A stretch of 64,000 bases of DNA from Anaerolineae bacterium (GCA_030605795.1 JAUWHR010000010.1:818-64817), one strand, 5' to 3'; positions 19,061 to 28,844 are shown, numbered from the stretch's first letter. Notes: generated by a model not told the origin, from the letters alone. Numbers and translations: made by a program.

Positions 19061-20005
19061 CTAACCTCTCCGCCTAGTCAAGAACTGGCGGGCAAGCAAT
19101 TCCCAACCCCAATTCCGCTCTTGAAGATAGCTTAGATTCCCTTCCATCCGAGATGGCTGTAAGCCGAAAACGCGGGGCAAGGTGTTCAAATCCGTCGTCC
19201 GGCTGACGGCCAAATAATCCAGCCACAGCGTTGTGACCGGAGGTTGAGGCATGAGGCGCTCTAGCAACCAGGCGCCCGCTTTTAGATAAGGCGGTCGGGT
19301 GGGCAGTAGGATCCTTGGACTGCTCGCTGCCCGCATGATCATGTGTAAGATCTGTAACAATGAAAGGAACTCAGGGCCTCCAATCTCTATGGTCTGCCCA
19401 ATCGTCGAAGGTTCATCCAACGCCCAGGTGATACATGTTGCCAAATCCTCGACCCATAAAGGTTGAAAGAGGGTTGAGCCATCACCGGGGATTGGGAAGA
19501 TGAGGGGCGCTACTGCTAGCATTATCGCCAATGATGTTGTGAAGCTGTCCAATCGACCGAAAATAACCGTTGTTCTTATAATCGTGAAAGGCACACCGCT
19601 CACCCGCAGATGTTCTTCCGCCATCGCCCTGGCTCGCATAGCGGGGTATGCAGAAGATCGGTCAGCTCCTAGGTGACTGAGGTAGATTATGCGTTGCACA
19701 CCTGCATCTGCTACGGCTTCGGCAATCGTATGGGTTCCGGCTACATCCGATGCAAGCCTACTCTCTGCACCCCATTGGCCTTCAGCGCCGGCCAGATGGA
19801 TCACTGTCTTCACTCCGACCAATGAAGCCCGAATACTACGCCGGTCTGAAAGTGCAGCAAGGGTCACATCGACCGCCACACCACGCGGCAAATCCGGCGA
19901 GCTTCGAGATGGACCTAGCAACGTGCGAACTGGATATCCGAATTCAGCCAATTTTCGCAGTACAGATCGCCCTATAAAACCTGTACCGCCAGTTAACAGA
20001 ATCAT
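19061..20005 (-). CDS. NAD(P)-binding SDR / NmrA-like epimerase-dehydratase family protein
   Basis: MILLTGGTGFIGRSVLRKL Rossmann start, 314 aa. Confidence 0.8.
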   Translation of the reverse strand: MILLTGGTGFIGRSVLRKLAEFGYPVRTLLGPSRSSPDLPRGVAVDVTLAALSDRRSIRASLVGVKTVIHLAGAEGQWGAESRLASDVAGTHTIAEAVADAGVQRIIYLSHLGADRSSAYPAMRARAMAEEHLRVSGVPFTIIRTTVIFGRLDSFTTSLAIMLAVAPLIFPIPGDGSTLFQPLWVEDLATCITWALDEPSTIGQTIEIGGPEFLSLLQILHMIMRAASSPRILLPTRPPYLKAGAWLLERLMPQPPVTTLWLDYLAVSRTTDLNTLPRVFGLQPSRMEGNLSYLQERNWGWELLARQFLTRRRG

Positions 20006-20241
20006 AATTACTGGTCACATTCATAAGATAACTATTCTGCAGTCCAGCCGTTCAAAGCTGCGGTAATGAGCCCGCGAAATGCCCTGTTCAAAGATCAGGT
20101 AGTTACGATTGTAGCATAGCTAACTTCGTTGACTAGATGCATACGAGGAGATGGGCAACCCTTAAACAATGATAGGGGCGATTCACACCTTATCGCGCCG
20201 ACCGGTGAGACGCCCCTACTTATCGGTTAGTGGCAACCCAT

Positions 20242-20616
20242 TCAGCTTTCGATGCCCTCCTCAGCAGTGTTTAGCATGGTGTCCACCATCTCCCGAAGGT
20301 ATACTTCGGGCACAGCCCCCACCTGCCGATGGAGGACTTTTCCACTGCGAATAAAGAGGATCGTGGGAATTCCCTGAACTTCATATTCGGTCGCCCACTT
20401 TGAATACTCATCGGTATTAACTCTGGTGACAAGCAATTTTCCCGCATATTCGGCGGCAAATTTATCAAGAATAGGCTCTACCATCTTACACGGTCCACAC
20501 CACGGCGCCCAGAAGTCAACCAAGACAGGTACTTTCGACTTCAGCACGACTTTTTCAAAAGCATCATCGGTTACATGAATCGGTTCATTAATCATATCCA
20601 TCTCCAGGGTTTCCAT
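20242..20616 (-). CDS. trxA: Thioredoxin
   Basis: VLVDFWAPWCGPCKM active site, typical length. The start could be one of several N-terminal Met codons. Confidence 0.92.
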   Translation of the reverse strand: METLEMDMINEPIHVTDDAFEKVVLKSKVPVLVDFWAPWCGPCKMVEPILDKFAAEYAGKLLVTRVNTDEYSKWATEYEVQGIPTILFIRSGKVLHRQVGAVPEVYLREMVDTMLNTAEEGIES

Positions 20617-20838
20617 GCACGAGCCAAATCATACCATGGGTAATCGAACTTGAGTAGAAATTGTCTCATGTTTATCTAGGCAAATATCCATCAGCACTTA
20701 TAATCATATTCGACCAATTGCACTTCCTTAGTTCAGCGTCAAGACCAAGAACCATCCCCTATCGGGTCGCATTATAAAATCCTATCCGCGGTCTCCAGAT
20801 ATCGCCTTCTCTATAGCGAGTGATATAATGCATTCTAA

Positions 20839-20959
20839 GAGTGCACTAAAAAAACTATCCTCGAGGAGTGGAGAGGGGTATATATGGGGGTGCGGGCTGC
20901 GCCCGCTCCCCCATATATACTGGTCATCTTATCGCGGTTGACCTTTTTTCAGTGGAGTC
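20839..20959 (+). repeat. Family-C hairpin element (121 nt), copy C4
   Basis: gagtgcactaaaaaaa ... tatatgggggtgcgggctgcgcccgctcccccatata ... ccttttttcagtggagtc. Flanks cattctaa / cattccaa. Confidence 0.85.
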
Positions 20960-20993
20960 ATTCCAAATATATTACTGCTTTTAGAGATTCTCA

Positions 20994-21455
20994 GTGGCTA
21001 CAACGAACTGTCCAAATTGCTCAACACCTGATCTTGAAGTGACAAACGGCGGCACGATTGACTGTCCGAATTGTGGCATAATTCAAGTCGGCGAACCTAA
21101 AGTATGCCCGGCATGTAGTCATGAGAACATTTACAACACTGAGATTTGTGTTGTTTGTGGGGAACCCCTCACGATCGTGAGCCAAATAATAGTCATGCAT
21201 AGTGGCAGTAGACAGCCGTTTAGGCTTAAACAAGTTCGTTCTCAAGCCTCTGCGCTTAAGGAACGCGAGGAGTTTGCCTCGCAACATCGCATGAAGACCT
21301 TACAGGAGATTGATCGGCGTCGCGAACAGAATCTCGCCGAGGCTCAAGAAGCTCAAAAAGCGCACCAACGACGTGTCTCCACCATTATGCTCGTCATCGC
21401 AGGTTTGTTCATCATTTCCATCGCTCTTTTCGTAGCCATATTCCTACTTCGCTGA
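20994..21455 (+). CDS. Zinc-ribbon protein with C-terminal TM anchor (hypothetical)
   Basis: GTG start. CPNCS..CPNCG and CPACS..CVVCG ribbons, a charged coiled segment, and a C-terminal TM helix IMLVIAGLFIISIALFVAIFLL. Confidence 0.55.
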   Translation: MATTNCPNCSTPDLEVTNGGTIDCPNCGIIQVGEPKVCPACSHENIYNTEICVVCGEPLTIVSQIIVMHSGSRQPFRLKQVRSQASALKEREEFASQHRMKTLQEIDRRREQNLAEAQEAQKAHQRRVSTIMLVIAGLFIISIALFVAIFLLR

Positions 21456-21458
21456 TAG

Positions 21459-22226
21459 ATGGTCACTGAGCAGCACTACACCATTCAATTACCTGTATAC
21501 GAAGGACCCCTCGATTTATTATTGGAGTTAATCGAACAAGCCGAACTCGACATCACCAAGGTTGCATTGGCGCAGGTCACAGATCAATATCTCGCTTACC
21601 TACAAAGGGTTTCGGAACACAAACTTGAAGATCTAATTTCCTTTCTGTTGATGGCTGCACGCCTGTTGCAGATCAAATCCGAGGCTCTTTTACCCCGGCC
21701 AACAGAGCTCGAACCCGGTGAGGAAGATCCAGGCGATGCTCTGGCCCGAAAACTGGTCGCTTACAAGAGATATAAACAACTCTCTATACACCTTGCGGAC
21801 CGATCGCAAGCAGGCCTCAAAACCTACCTCCGTCTTGCTGCCTCTCCAGCTCCCGAGTCTATGCTTGATCTAGCCGACGTGGATCTGGAGGATCTAAAGC
21901 GTGCGTTTATGGACGCGCTCGCGGCCGCACCCACTGGTCCTGCTCTAAGCAAGGTTGTCATCGCCGATGGCATCCGTATCCGTGACCGAATCCAGATCAT
22001 CATCACCGCACTTCGCAAGGTCGGCCGGACTACCTTCCAGAAGCTTTTTAAAAACGCCAAGTCGAAATTAGAGATTGTCATCTCTTTCTTAGCTCTCCTA
22101 GAATTAATCAAGCAGCGTCAAGTAACGGTGCAGCAAGACACCTTATTCGGCGAGATTGAACTCTCCTTAGGGGATTCCTGGCAGGGAGATCAAGACATGG
22201 ATTTCGAATTGGAATTTGAGGAATAA
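21459..22226 (+). CDS. scpA: Segregation and condensation protein A
   Basis: LPVYEGPLDLLLELIEQAELDITKVALAQVTDQYL is the canonical ScpA N-terminus. 255 aa. Confidence 0.88.
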   Translation: MVTEQHYTIQLPVYEGPLDLLLELIEQAELDITKVALAQVTDQYLAYLQRVSEHKLEDLISFLLMAARLLQIKSEALLPRPTELEPGEEDPGDALARKLVAYKRYKQLSIHLADRSQAGLKTYLRLAASPAPESMLDLADVDLEDLKRAFMDALAAAPTGPALSKVVIADGIRIRDRIQIIITALRKVGRTTFQKLFKNAKSKLEIVISFLALLELIKQRQVTVQQDTLFGEIELSLGDSWQGDQDMDFELEFEE

Positions 22227-22594
22227 ACTGCGCTTAATGTCAATGCCACCGCTGCCCCAAAACCGTCAATGACGACATCTATCAAGCTCGAAGTTCTGTC
22301 CTCGACAAAGGACTGATGGAATTCGTCACTGAGGGCAAATAGGATCGCCATAAGAAAGGCCAGCACCCATTGGTAACCCACCGATAAACGCCGTGGAAGT
22401 GCATAATAATAGGCTAACCCAAGCAACCCGAAGCCCAAGGCATGCCCACCTTTTTTGATATACAAATCCCAAGCACCGAAATATGGCAGACGGCTTCCTG
22501 GCAATGATGATATAAAGAAAATAATCACCATAAGGAGAAATGCCGGTACCCATCGTAATGAAGGCGGAACTAATGATGAGGACATAGAAGCCAT
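22190..22594 (-). CDS. VanZ-like family membrane protein
   Basis: 134 aa, 4 TM helices, with the SDEFHQSFV..R motif typical of VanZ-like proteins. Convergent with scpA and overlaps it by 37 nt. Confidence 0.65.
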   Translation of the reverse strand: MASMSSSLVPPSLRWVPAFLLMVIIFFISSLPGSRLPYFGAWDLYIKKGGHALGFGLLGLAYYYALPRRLSVGYQWVLAFLMAILFALSDEFHQSFVEDRTSSLIDVVIDGFGAAVALTLSAVYSSNSNSKSMS

Positions 22595-22717
22595 TCTACC
22601 ACTACATCATCCACCTTGAAGATATAAGGGGAACACGAAGGTATTAATTCAGCTGCTTATTCGATGAAAAGTTTGGTTGAAACTAGTGGTCAATCACGAT
22701 GGTTTTGATGGAATGAT

Positions 22718-22772
22718 GTCATTCTGAGGAGCCCTTCAATAAACTCAGGACAGGCTCCGTCGAAGGGATGAC
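22718..22772. repeat. Short palindromic repeat (family E)
   Basis: gtcattctgaggagcccttcaataaactcaggacaggctccgtcgaagggatgac. The 19-mer gacaggctccgtcgaaggg recurs at 38608-38626. A related gagcccttc...ctcagg module sits inside MITE family B. Confidence 0.7.
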
Positions 22773-22995
22773 AACTTATCACATCCACCATGACTTAGCA
22801 CTAGTTTGGAAATAGAAATCAAGGCGCCAGACAATCGCGCCAACATAGAACTTGACTTGACGCTGAATAGTCCAGACAGAGAATAGTAGACGGGTTCGCT
22901 ATGGACAGGGTTTGGTATTATCATACAAAATCAAGCCACCGAGAAAGTGCAGCATTAGCTGTCTCATGAACATCCAGGTTGCCTTTTTCGAAGAT

Positions 22996-23117
22996 GAGTG
23001 CACTGAAAAAAACTACCCTCGAGGAGTGGGAAGGGGTATATGTGGGGGTGCGGGCTGCTCCCGCACCCCCACATATACCGGTCCTCTTCTTACGGTTGGC
23101 CTTTTTTCAGTGGAGCC
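22996..23117 (+). repeat. Family-C hairpin element (122 nt), copy C5
   Basis: Perfect 20-bp central stem ggtatatgtgggggtgcggg / cccgcacccccacatatacc. Termini gagtgcactgaaaaaa / ccttttttcagtggagcc. Ends 29 nt upstream of the DUF211 gene start. Confidence 0.85.
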
Positions 23118-23146
23118 AAAGATGATATAAGGAGCGAGAGAGAACA

Positions 23147-23434
23147 ATGGGAAAGATGCGCAGGTTAGTATTAGATACTTTAAAACCCCACGAGCCGAGC
23201 ATAATCGAGTTGGCGGATCAGCTTAGCGAGCTAAGCGGTATTACCGCGGTCAACATCAGTATTTACGAGATGGATCGCAAGGTGGAGAACGCCAAGATCA
23301 CCATCGAAGGGGAAGACATCTCCTACTCCGTTGTGGAGGAGATCATCAACGAGATGGGTGGGGCAATTCACTCCATCGACGAGGTTGTAGCCGGTAAGGA
23401 AATCATTGACGATGCCGCCACTTTGCAGGACTGA
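23147..23434 (+). CDS. DUF211-family small protein
   Basis: 95 aa. RRLVLDTLKPHEPSIIELADQLSEL.G...VNISIYEMD matches my recollection of DUF211, which is typically archaeal and paired with a VIT-like gene. Confidence 0.7.
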   Translation: MGKMRRLVLDTLKPHEPSIIELADQLSELSGITAVNISIYEMDRKVENAKITIEGEDISYSVVEEIINEMGGAIHSIDEVVAGKEIIDDAATLQD

Positions 23435-23465
23435 CTGGGTCGCGTAGTTTGAGAGGTTTGACAAA

Positions 23466-24056
23466 ATGAATCTGCTTCGAAGTATGGTGCAACGTATTTT
23501 GGAATACGACAGCTTAGCCAACATCGGCGAGATTGCGCGCCGCTACTTTGCAATGAACGCCTTTGATGGAGTGCTGACCATCATCGGAGTATTGATGGGG
23601 AACCTGACCGCCGGAGTGGACAATCCCAAAATCGTGGTGAGCACTGGTCTGGCCACGAGCGTCGCCATGGGCGTTTCTGGGTTGTGGGGAGCCTATCTAA
23701 CTGAAACAGCAGAACGAAAGCGGGGGTTGGTTGAGTTGAGCAGCCAGACCCTGACTGATCTCAATGATACCCGCATCGGGCGGGCTTCGCGGGTAGCGGC
23801 AGTGGTCGTGGCGTTAGTTGACGGCCTCTCCCCCTTTTTGGCGGCAATGCTTGTGCTCACCCCTTTCTTCGCGTTCGGGATCTTCCCTTCCATCACCTGG
23901 GTCTACTATACCTCCCTGGGAATGGCGTTGTTGACATTATTTGCTCTGGGCCTCTTCCTGGGGCATATCTCCCACGAGAATCTGATCCTGTATGGGGCTA
24001 AAACTATCATTGCTGGTGTGGTTTCTATCATAATCAGTCTCCTGCTAGGCGAGTAG
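23466..24056 (+). CDS. VIT1/CCC1-like (TIGR00267-type) membrane protein
   Basis: 196 aa. RYFAMNAFDGVLTIIGVLMG start and 4-5 TM helices. Sits directly downstream of the DUF211 gene, as in archaeal pairs. Confidence 0.65.
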   Translation: MNLLRSMVQRILEYDSLANIGEIARRYFAMNAFDGVLTIIGVLMGNLTAGVDNPKIVVSTGLATSVAMGVSGLWGAYLTETAERKRGLVELSSQTLTDLNDTRIGRASRVAAVVVALVDGLSPFLAAMLVLTPFFAFGIFPSITWVYYTSLGMALLTLFALGLFLGHISHENLILYGAKTIIAGVVSIIISLLLGE

Positions 24057-24081
24057 GCATACAAAAAACCAGGCGAACGAA

Positions 24082-25473
24082 TTGAAAACGGTGGATGCAG
24101 TTCTAATTGGGGCTGGACAGCGTGGCGCGAATGACTATGCACCTTTCGCCCTCCGCTATCCTGACCAACTGCGTTTCGTGGCCGTGGCCGAACCATTAGC
24201 CGAACGTCGGGCTCGATTCGCCCTCCAGCACCAAATACCGCTTGATAACCAATTTGAGAACTGGGAAACTTTGCTCGCTAATCCTCAAATGGCGCGGGCA
24301 GCCTTAATTTGCACCCAGGACCAAATGCATGTTGGACCGGCACTAGCTGCACTGCGAGCAGGGTACGACGTATTATTGGAAAAGCCTATCGCGACAACCC
24401 GAGAAGGATGCCGTCAGATCGTATCAACCGCGGTTGGATTGAACCGGCAGTTGTACGTGTGCCATGTGTTGCGTTACACACGCCACTTCCAGACCATGCG
24501 TCAGATTCTTCAATCGGGTGTTCTTGGCCAAATTATCAACCTGGATCATCGGGAAAACGTTTCGTGGTGGCATATGTCACATAGCTTCGTGCGCGGCTCA
24601 TGGGCAAATCGCGATGAGAGCAGCCCTATGATTTTAGCTAAGTGCTGTCACGACTTTGATATTCTCATGTGGATATTGGGGCGCAAGTGTGAACGTTTGA
24701 GTAGCGTTGGCAAGTTAGTGCACTTCCGCCCTGAAAACGCACCCGCCGACGCTCCCGAACGATGCCTCGACGACTGTCCCGCCAGTGAAACTTGTCCCTT
24801 TTACGCCCCCTTCATATATGTAGATTTGCTCCCACTTTGGCGTAATGTAGCTGAAACTTCCACCGGCTTGATCCGCCTTGCAATACAAGCACAGCTCCGT
24901 GCGCCCGGGCTGGTTAAGGCCTTAAGTGCCGTAGCCCCGATCATGCGTCAGGTTAGTGATTATCGCGGCTGGCCACGATCTGTCGTGACCCTGGACCCGA
25001 TACCGGAATCAGTGCTTGAGGCGCTGAAAACGGGACCTTATGGACGTTGTGTCTATCACTGCGGCAATGACGTGGTCGATCACCAGGTCGTGTTGATGCA
25101 GTTTGAAGGTGATATTTCGGTCACACTTACCATGCATGGGCATTCCCATATCGAAGGACGGAGCACCCGCATCGAAGGGTCGCACGGCCAATTACAGGCT
25201 TTCTTCGGACTGGGGGGATCGTGGATTGAAGTCAGTGAACATCGCAGTGGCCGATCCACTCGCCATGACACTACTTCAGAGATTGGCGCAGCGCATGGAG
25301 GCGGTGACGAGGGGTTGATAGCAGCCTTCGTCCGCAATATTCAAGAAGGGAGAACCCAGCAGGCTTTGGAGCTCGCCCAACAAGCCCTGGAAAGCCATTT
25401 ATTAGCGTTTGCAGCTGAGGATGCTCGATTAGGGGGACAGGTAGTTTCAACAAATAAGCTTGATCACAATTAA
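24082..25473 (+). CDS. Gfo/Idh/MocA-family oxidoreductase
   Basis: TTG start. AVLIGAGQRGAN Rossmann start, EKP motif (LLEKPIA), 463 aa with a long C-terminal domain. Confidence 0.8.
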   Translation: MKTVDAVLIGAGQRGANDYAPFALRYPDQLRFVAVAEPLAERRARFALQHQIPLDNQFENWETLLANPQMARAALICTQDQMHVGPALAALRAGYDVLLEKPIATTREGCRQIVSTAVGLNRQLYVCHVLRYTRHFQTMRQILQSGVLGQIINLDHRENVSWWHMSHSFVRGSWANRDESSPMILAKCCHDFDILMWILGRKCERLSSVGKLVHFRPENAPADAPERCLDDCPASETCPFYAPFIYVDLLPLWRNVAETSTGLIRLAIQAQLRAPGLVKALSAVAPIMRQVSDYRGWPRSVVTLDPIPESVLEALKTGPYGRCVYHCGNDVVDHQVVLMQFEGDISVTLTMHGHSHIEGRSTRIEGSHGQLQAFFGLGGSWIEVSEHRSGRSTRHDTTSEIGAAHGGGDEGLIAAFVRNIQEGRTQQALELAQQALESHLLAFAAEDARLGGQVVSTNKLDHN

Positions 25474-25510
25474 CACCATTGAACACGAGAAGTCCACAAG
25501 GAAAGGGAAA

Positions 25511-28000
25511 ATGAATCATCCGCCGGTCCTCATCCCTGATGCAGCTTGGCAACGCCGATTTGATCAACAGTTGGAAAAACAAGTTCGACCCAGCAATCCA
25601 TTAACATTACGCAGATTGGTCGAAATGCTACCTCTGATCTTACGACTACGGTCCCAGCTGAAACGCGACCGGGTCGCAGGCCGCGAGCCGATATTTAATC
25701 CCTTCACCTCACATCGCCCGGGTCCTCATATGGGCGTTCCATTAGGAGGCATAGGCTGCGGCAGCATAACCCGCGGCTGGCGCGGTGAGTTCAGACGCTG
25801 GCAACTCCGCCCAGGCATCTACCATTACAATCCCGTGTTCGCAGATCAATTTTCTGTCTATGCACAATTTCAGGGAGAACAACCGCATGTCCAGACGCTT
25901 TTTCCAGGCCATCCAGGAAACAAAAACTTGAGCAACTGGCGCTGGGACCTGAACCCCGATTGTGCAACTTATTATGGATTGTTCCCCCGAGCATGGACAG
26001 TTTATGAGCGGCCACTACCAGATATACGTTTAACATGCCGGCAGCTCTCTCCAGTAATCCCCCACAATTACCGCGAGAGCTCCTACCCAGTAGGAGTTTT
26101 TGTATGGACGATTGAAAACCTCGCCCCGAAGCAAGCAACGATCAGTCTGATGCTGACTTTCCAAAATGGTATTGGATCCCCCAATGACATGGCGGGAGGG
26201 CATTTCAACCAACCATTCCAAACCACCGCGGTTGCCGACAACGGTATGAAGCGAGAAGTAGTTGGGGTTGCGCTCCATCACACTCACCGCCAAACAAAAA
26301 TCCTCGAGGATAACCAGTCGTCAACTGCCCGAGAAGTCTTCGAAGACCCACTTACTTTTGCAATCGCGGCTGAAGCGCAGCCCGAAGTGCAAGTGAGCTA
26401 TCGCACTTGCTTCCTCACGACAGGCGACGGCGCGGAGGTGTGGGCTGACTTTGCACAGGACGGTAAGCTGGAGAACCTCAATGAAGCGAGATTTTCAACC
26501 GAAGGTGAGGCAATTGGCGCGGCTTTGGCTCTTACGGTGGAACTTCCGCCTGGAGGCTCGCGTGAGGTAGCCTTTTCTTTGGCGTGGGATATGCCGTTGG
26601 TCCGATCTGGCCTGGGGACGAAATACTATCGCCGATATACCAAGTTTTACGGTCAAGATGGGGAGGCAGCGCCGGCCATTGCCCGTGATGCGCTGATCAA
26701 TTACCCATCCTGGGAAACCGAGATCGAGTCTTGGCAAAAACCGATTCTCGACGATCCTGAATTGCCAACATGGTACAAGACAGCGCTCTTTAATGAACTC
26801 TATTACATCGTTGATGGCGGAACGCTTTGGGCCTATCGAGCAGACGGAGAAGATTTATGGCGAGATGACATCGGACGCTTCGCCTATCTTGAGGGCCAGG
26901 AATATCGCATGTACAACACATACGACGTACATTTTTATGCTTCATTTGCGTTGAACATGCTGTGGCCGAGACTTGAACTCAGCCTCCAACGTGACATCGC
27001 GCAGTGCGTAAGGACAGACTATCCTGAACAACATCGTTTGATTAGCACAGGTAAATTTAGTCCACGCAAGAAGCGTAGCATCGTGCCGCATGATATCGGC
27101 GCTCCGGGTGAAGATCCGTGGATAAAAGTAAACGCCTATAACTTACATGACTCAAGTCGCTGGAAGGATCTTAACCCTAAGTTCGTTTTGCAGATCTACC
27201 GCGATTATATTGCTACTGGCGATAAGTACTTCGTCGCTGACGTATGGGATGCGGTCCACGAAGCCATTGAGCATGTAAGGCAGTTTGATAAGGATGACGA
27301 TGGTCTGATTGAAAACGAGGGGATCCCCGACCAGACTTACGATGTATGGTCGGTAACCGGTGCTAGTGCTTATACTGGCGGGCTTTGGCTGGCCTGTCTT
27401 AGCGCGGCTGCAGAAATGGCTGAACTGTTGGGCGAGGACGAGCAGGCCAAAATTTACCGTGAGATCTATTCAAGAGGAACGGTTGCATACGAAGAGACCC
27501 TTTGGAATGGCCGGTACTACAACTACGATAGTAGTGATAGCAGCTATTTCAACAGCATCATGGCCGATCAACTCGCTGGACAGTGGTACGCACGAGCCTG
27601 CGAACTGCCCTCCATCGTCCAACCGGATCGTGCTCGCAGCGCGCTAGCAACTATATTCAAGTTCAACGTGAGCCGATTTCAAAATGGGGAGATGGGAGCG
27701 GTTAATGGTATGTTGCCAGACGGACGGGTTGATAGAACCAGCATTCAATCCCAGGAAGTTTGGACAGGAACGACCTATGCCGTCGCGGCTGCGATGCTTC
27801 AGGAGGGATTGAAAGAGGAAGCATTTGCAACCGCGAAGGGTGTATACGAGATGACCTATCATAAATTGGGTTATTGGTTTCAGACACCTGAAGCGTGGGA
27901 CGAGGATGGGAATTACCGTTCCCTGGCTTACATGCGTCCGCTAGCAATCTGGGCAATACAATGGGCTTGGGAGCGACTTAAGTCGAAAACAAGTTCCTGA
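25511..28000 (+). CDS. GH116-family beta-glucosidase (GBA2 / non-lysosomal glucosylceramidase type)
   Basis: GVPLGGIGCGSITRGWRGEFRRWQL N-domain signature. C-terminal (alpha/alpha)6 DUF608-type region (YNTYDVHFYASFAL, GIPDQTYDVW). ATG 25511 preferred over the track start. Confidence 0.88.
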   Translation: MNHPPVLIPDAAWQRRFDQQLEKQVRPSNPLTLRRLVEMLPLILRLRSQLKRDRVAGREPIFNPFTSHRPGPHMGVPLGGIGCGSITRGWRGEFRRWQLRPGIYHYNPVFADQFSVYAQFQGEQPHVQTLFPGHPGNKNLSNWRWDLNPDCATYYGLFPRAWTVYERPLPDIRLTCRQLSPVIPHNYRESSYPVGVFVWTIENLAPKQATISLMLTFQNGIGSPNDMAGGHFNQPFQTTAVADNGMKREVVGVALHHTHRQTKILEDNQSSTAREVFEDPLTFAIAAEAQPEVQVSYRTCFLTTGDGAEVWADFAQDGKLENLNEARFSTEGEAIGAALALTVELPPGGSREVAFSLAWDMPLVRSGLGTKYYRRYTKFYGQDGEAAPAIARDALINYPSWETEIESWQKPILDDPELPTWYKTALFNELYYIVDGGTLWAYRADGEDLWRDDIGRFAYLEGQEYRMYNTYDVHFYASFALNMLWPRLELSLQRDIAQCVRTDYPEQHRLISTGKFSPRKKRSIVPHDIGAPGEDPWIKVNAYNLHDSSRWKDLNPKFVLQIYRDYIATGDKYFVADVWDAVHEAIEHVRQFDKDDDGLIENEGIPDQTYDVWSVTGASAYTGGLWLACLSAAAEMAELLGEDEQAKIYREIYSRGTVAYEETLWNGRYYNYDSSDSSYFNSIMADQLAGQWYARACELPSIVQPDRARSALATIFKFNVSRFQNGEMGAVNGMLPDGRVDRTSIQSQEVWTGTTYAVAAAMLQEGLKEEAFATAKGVYEMTYHKLGYWFQTPEAWDEDGNYRSLAYMRPLAIWAIQWAWERLKSKTSS

Positions 28001-28039
28001 TCGTATTACAGCGATGAATATAGATTAAGGTGATCAAGA

Positions 28040-28567
28040 ATGACAAAATTTTCAACGGGGTACATTCATGTTTACACCGGAGATGGCAAGGGGAAAACCT
28101 GTGCCGCTCTGGGCTTGGCGTTACGGGCTTCAGGTCACGGCATGCAAACTTATATTGGTCAATTCATGAAAGGCACGCATTACGGGGAACTAGAGGCGCT
28201 GAAAGGAAATCCGTATATCACGATTGAGCAATATGGGGGTGAACGCTGTATTCGCAAGGAAGAGGTTACCCGTGAGCATATAGACCAAGCTCTCGCTGGC
28301 CTGGAGCGTGCCCGGGAGGAAATGCTCTCAGGTCGCTACGACATTGTGGTATTGGATGAAGTCAATGTGGCAATTTGGTTCGGTCTGCTGACGGTGGAGG
28401 AAGTGCTTGAATTTCTCGAACAGCGACCGGTTAATGTTGAGTTGATCCTCACCGGGCGTCGTGCCCCAGTGGAGCTTATCGTCCGAGCCGATTTGGTGAC
28501 CGAGATGATAGAGGTGAAGCACTATTACCAACAGGGTTTATCCGCTCGAAATGGGATTGAACGGTAA
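28040..28567 (+). CDS. cobO: Cob(I)yrinic acid a,c-diamide adenosyltransferase (CobO/BtuR type)
   Basis: [25 protein letters not shown]-loop, VLDE motif, 175 aa. Confidence 0.9.
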   Translation: MTKFSTGYIHVYTGDGKGKTCAALGLALRASGHGMQTYIGQFMKGTHYGELEALKGNPYITIEQYGGERCIRKEEVTREHIDQALAGLERAREEMLSGRYDIVVLDEVNVAIWFGLLTVEEVLEFLEQRPVNVELILTGRRAPVELIVRADLVTEMIEVKHYYQQGLSARNGIER

Positions 28568-28569
28568 GC

Positions 28570-28844
28570 AATATCCCTGAGGAAATTTCAGTGTCGGTGT
28601 CGATTTATGCAGCTACCGGTAACCGGCGCAAAGCTTTCCTCTGGTCGTTTCTGTCAGGTGTAGCAGAGCCAATCGAAGGTTGTTGCCATTTCTCAACCAA
28701 ACAGTGCTGGGCTATATGCTTGCAGCAGTAGCGGGGATTATGGTTTTTTTCCTTGACGAACTCATTCCAGTGGCTCGTTCATTGAGCGAGGAGCATCTTT
28801 CCATCGTGGGAATGGTCGTTATGGCCCTCAGCTTGGTGACTTAG
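28570..28844 (+). pseudogene. zupT: Relic of a ZIP-family zinc transporter (zupT 3' end, frameshifted)
   Basis: Frame 1 reads [35 protein letters not shown]. After a frameshift near 28678 it reads [54 protein letters not shown]. Both pieces are collinear with the C-terminal third of ZupT (HNIPEG...YAATGS...ISGLAE...AGIMV..S.DEL.P.A). The N-terminal two thirds are absent. Confidence 0.7.
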
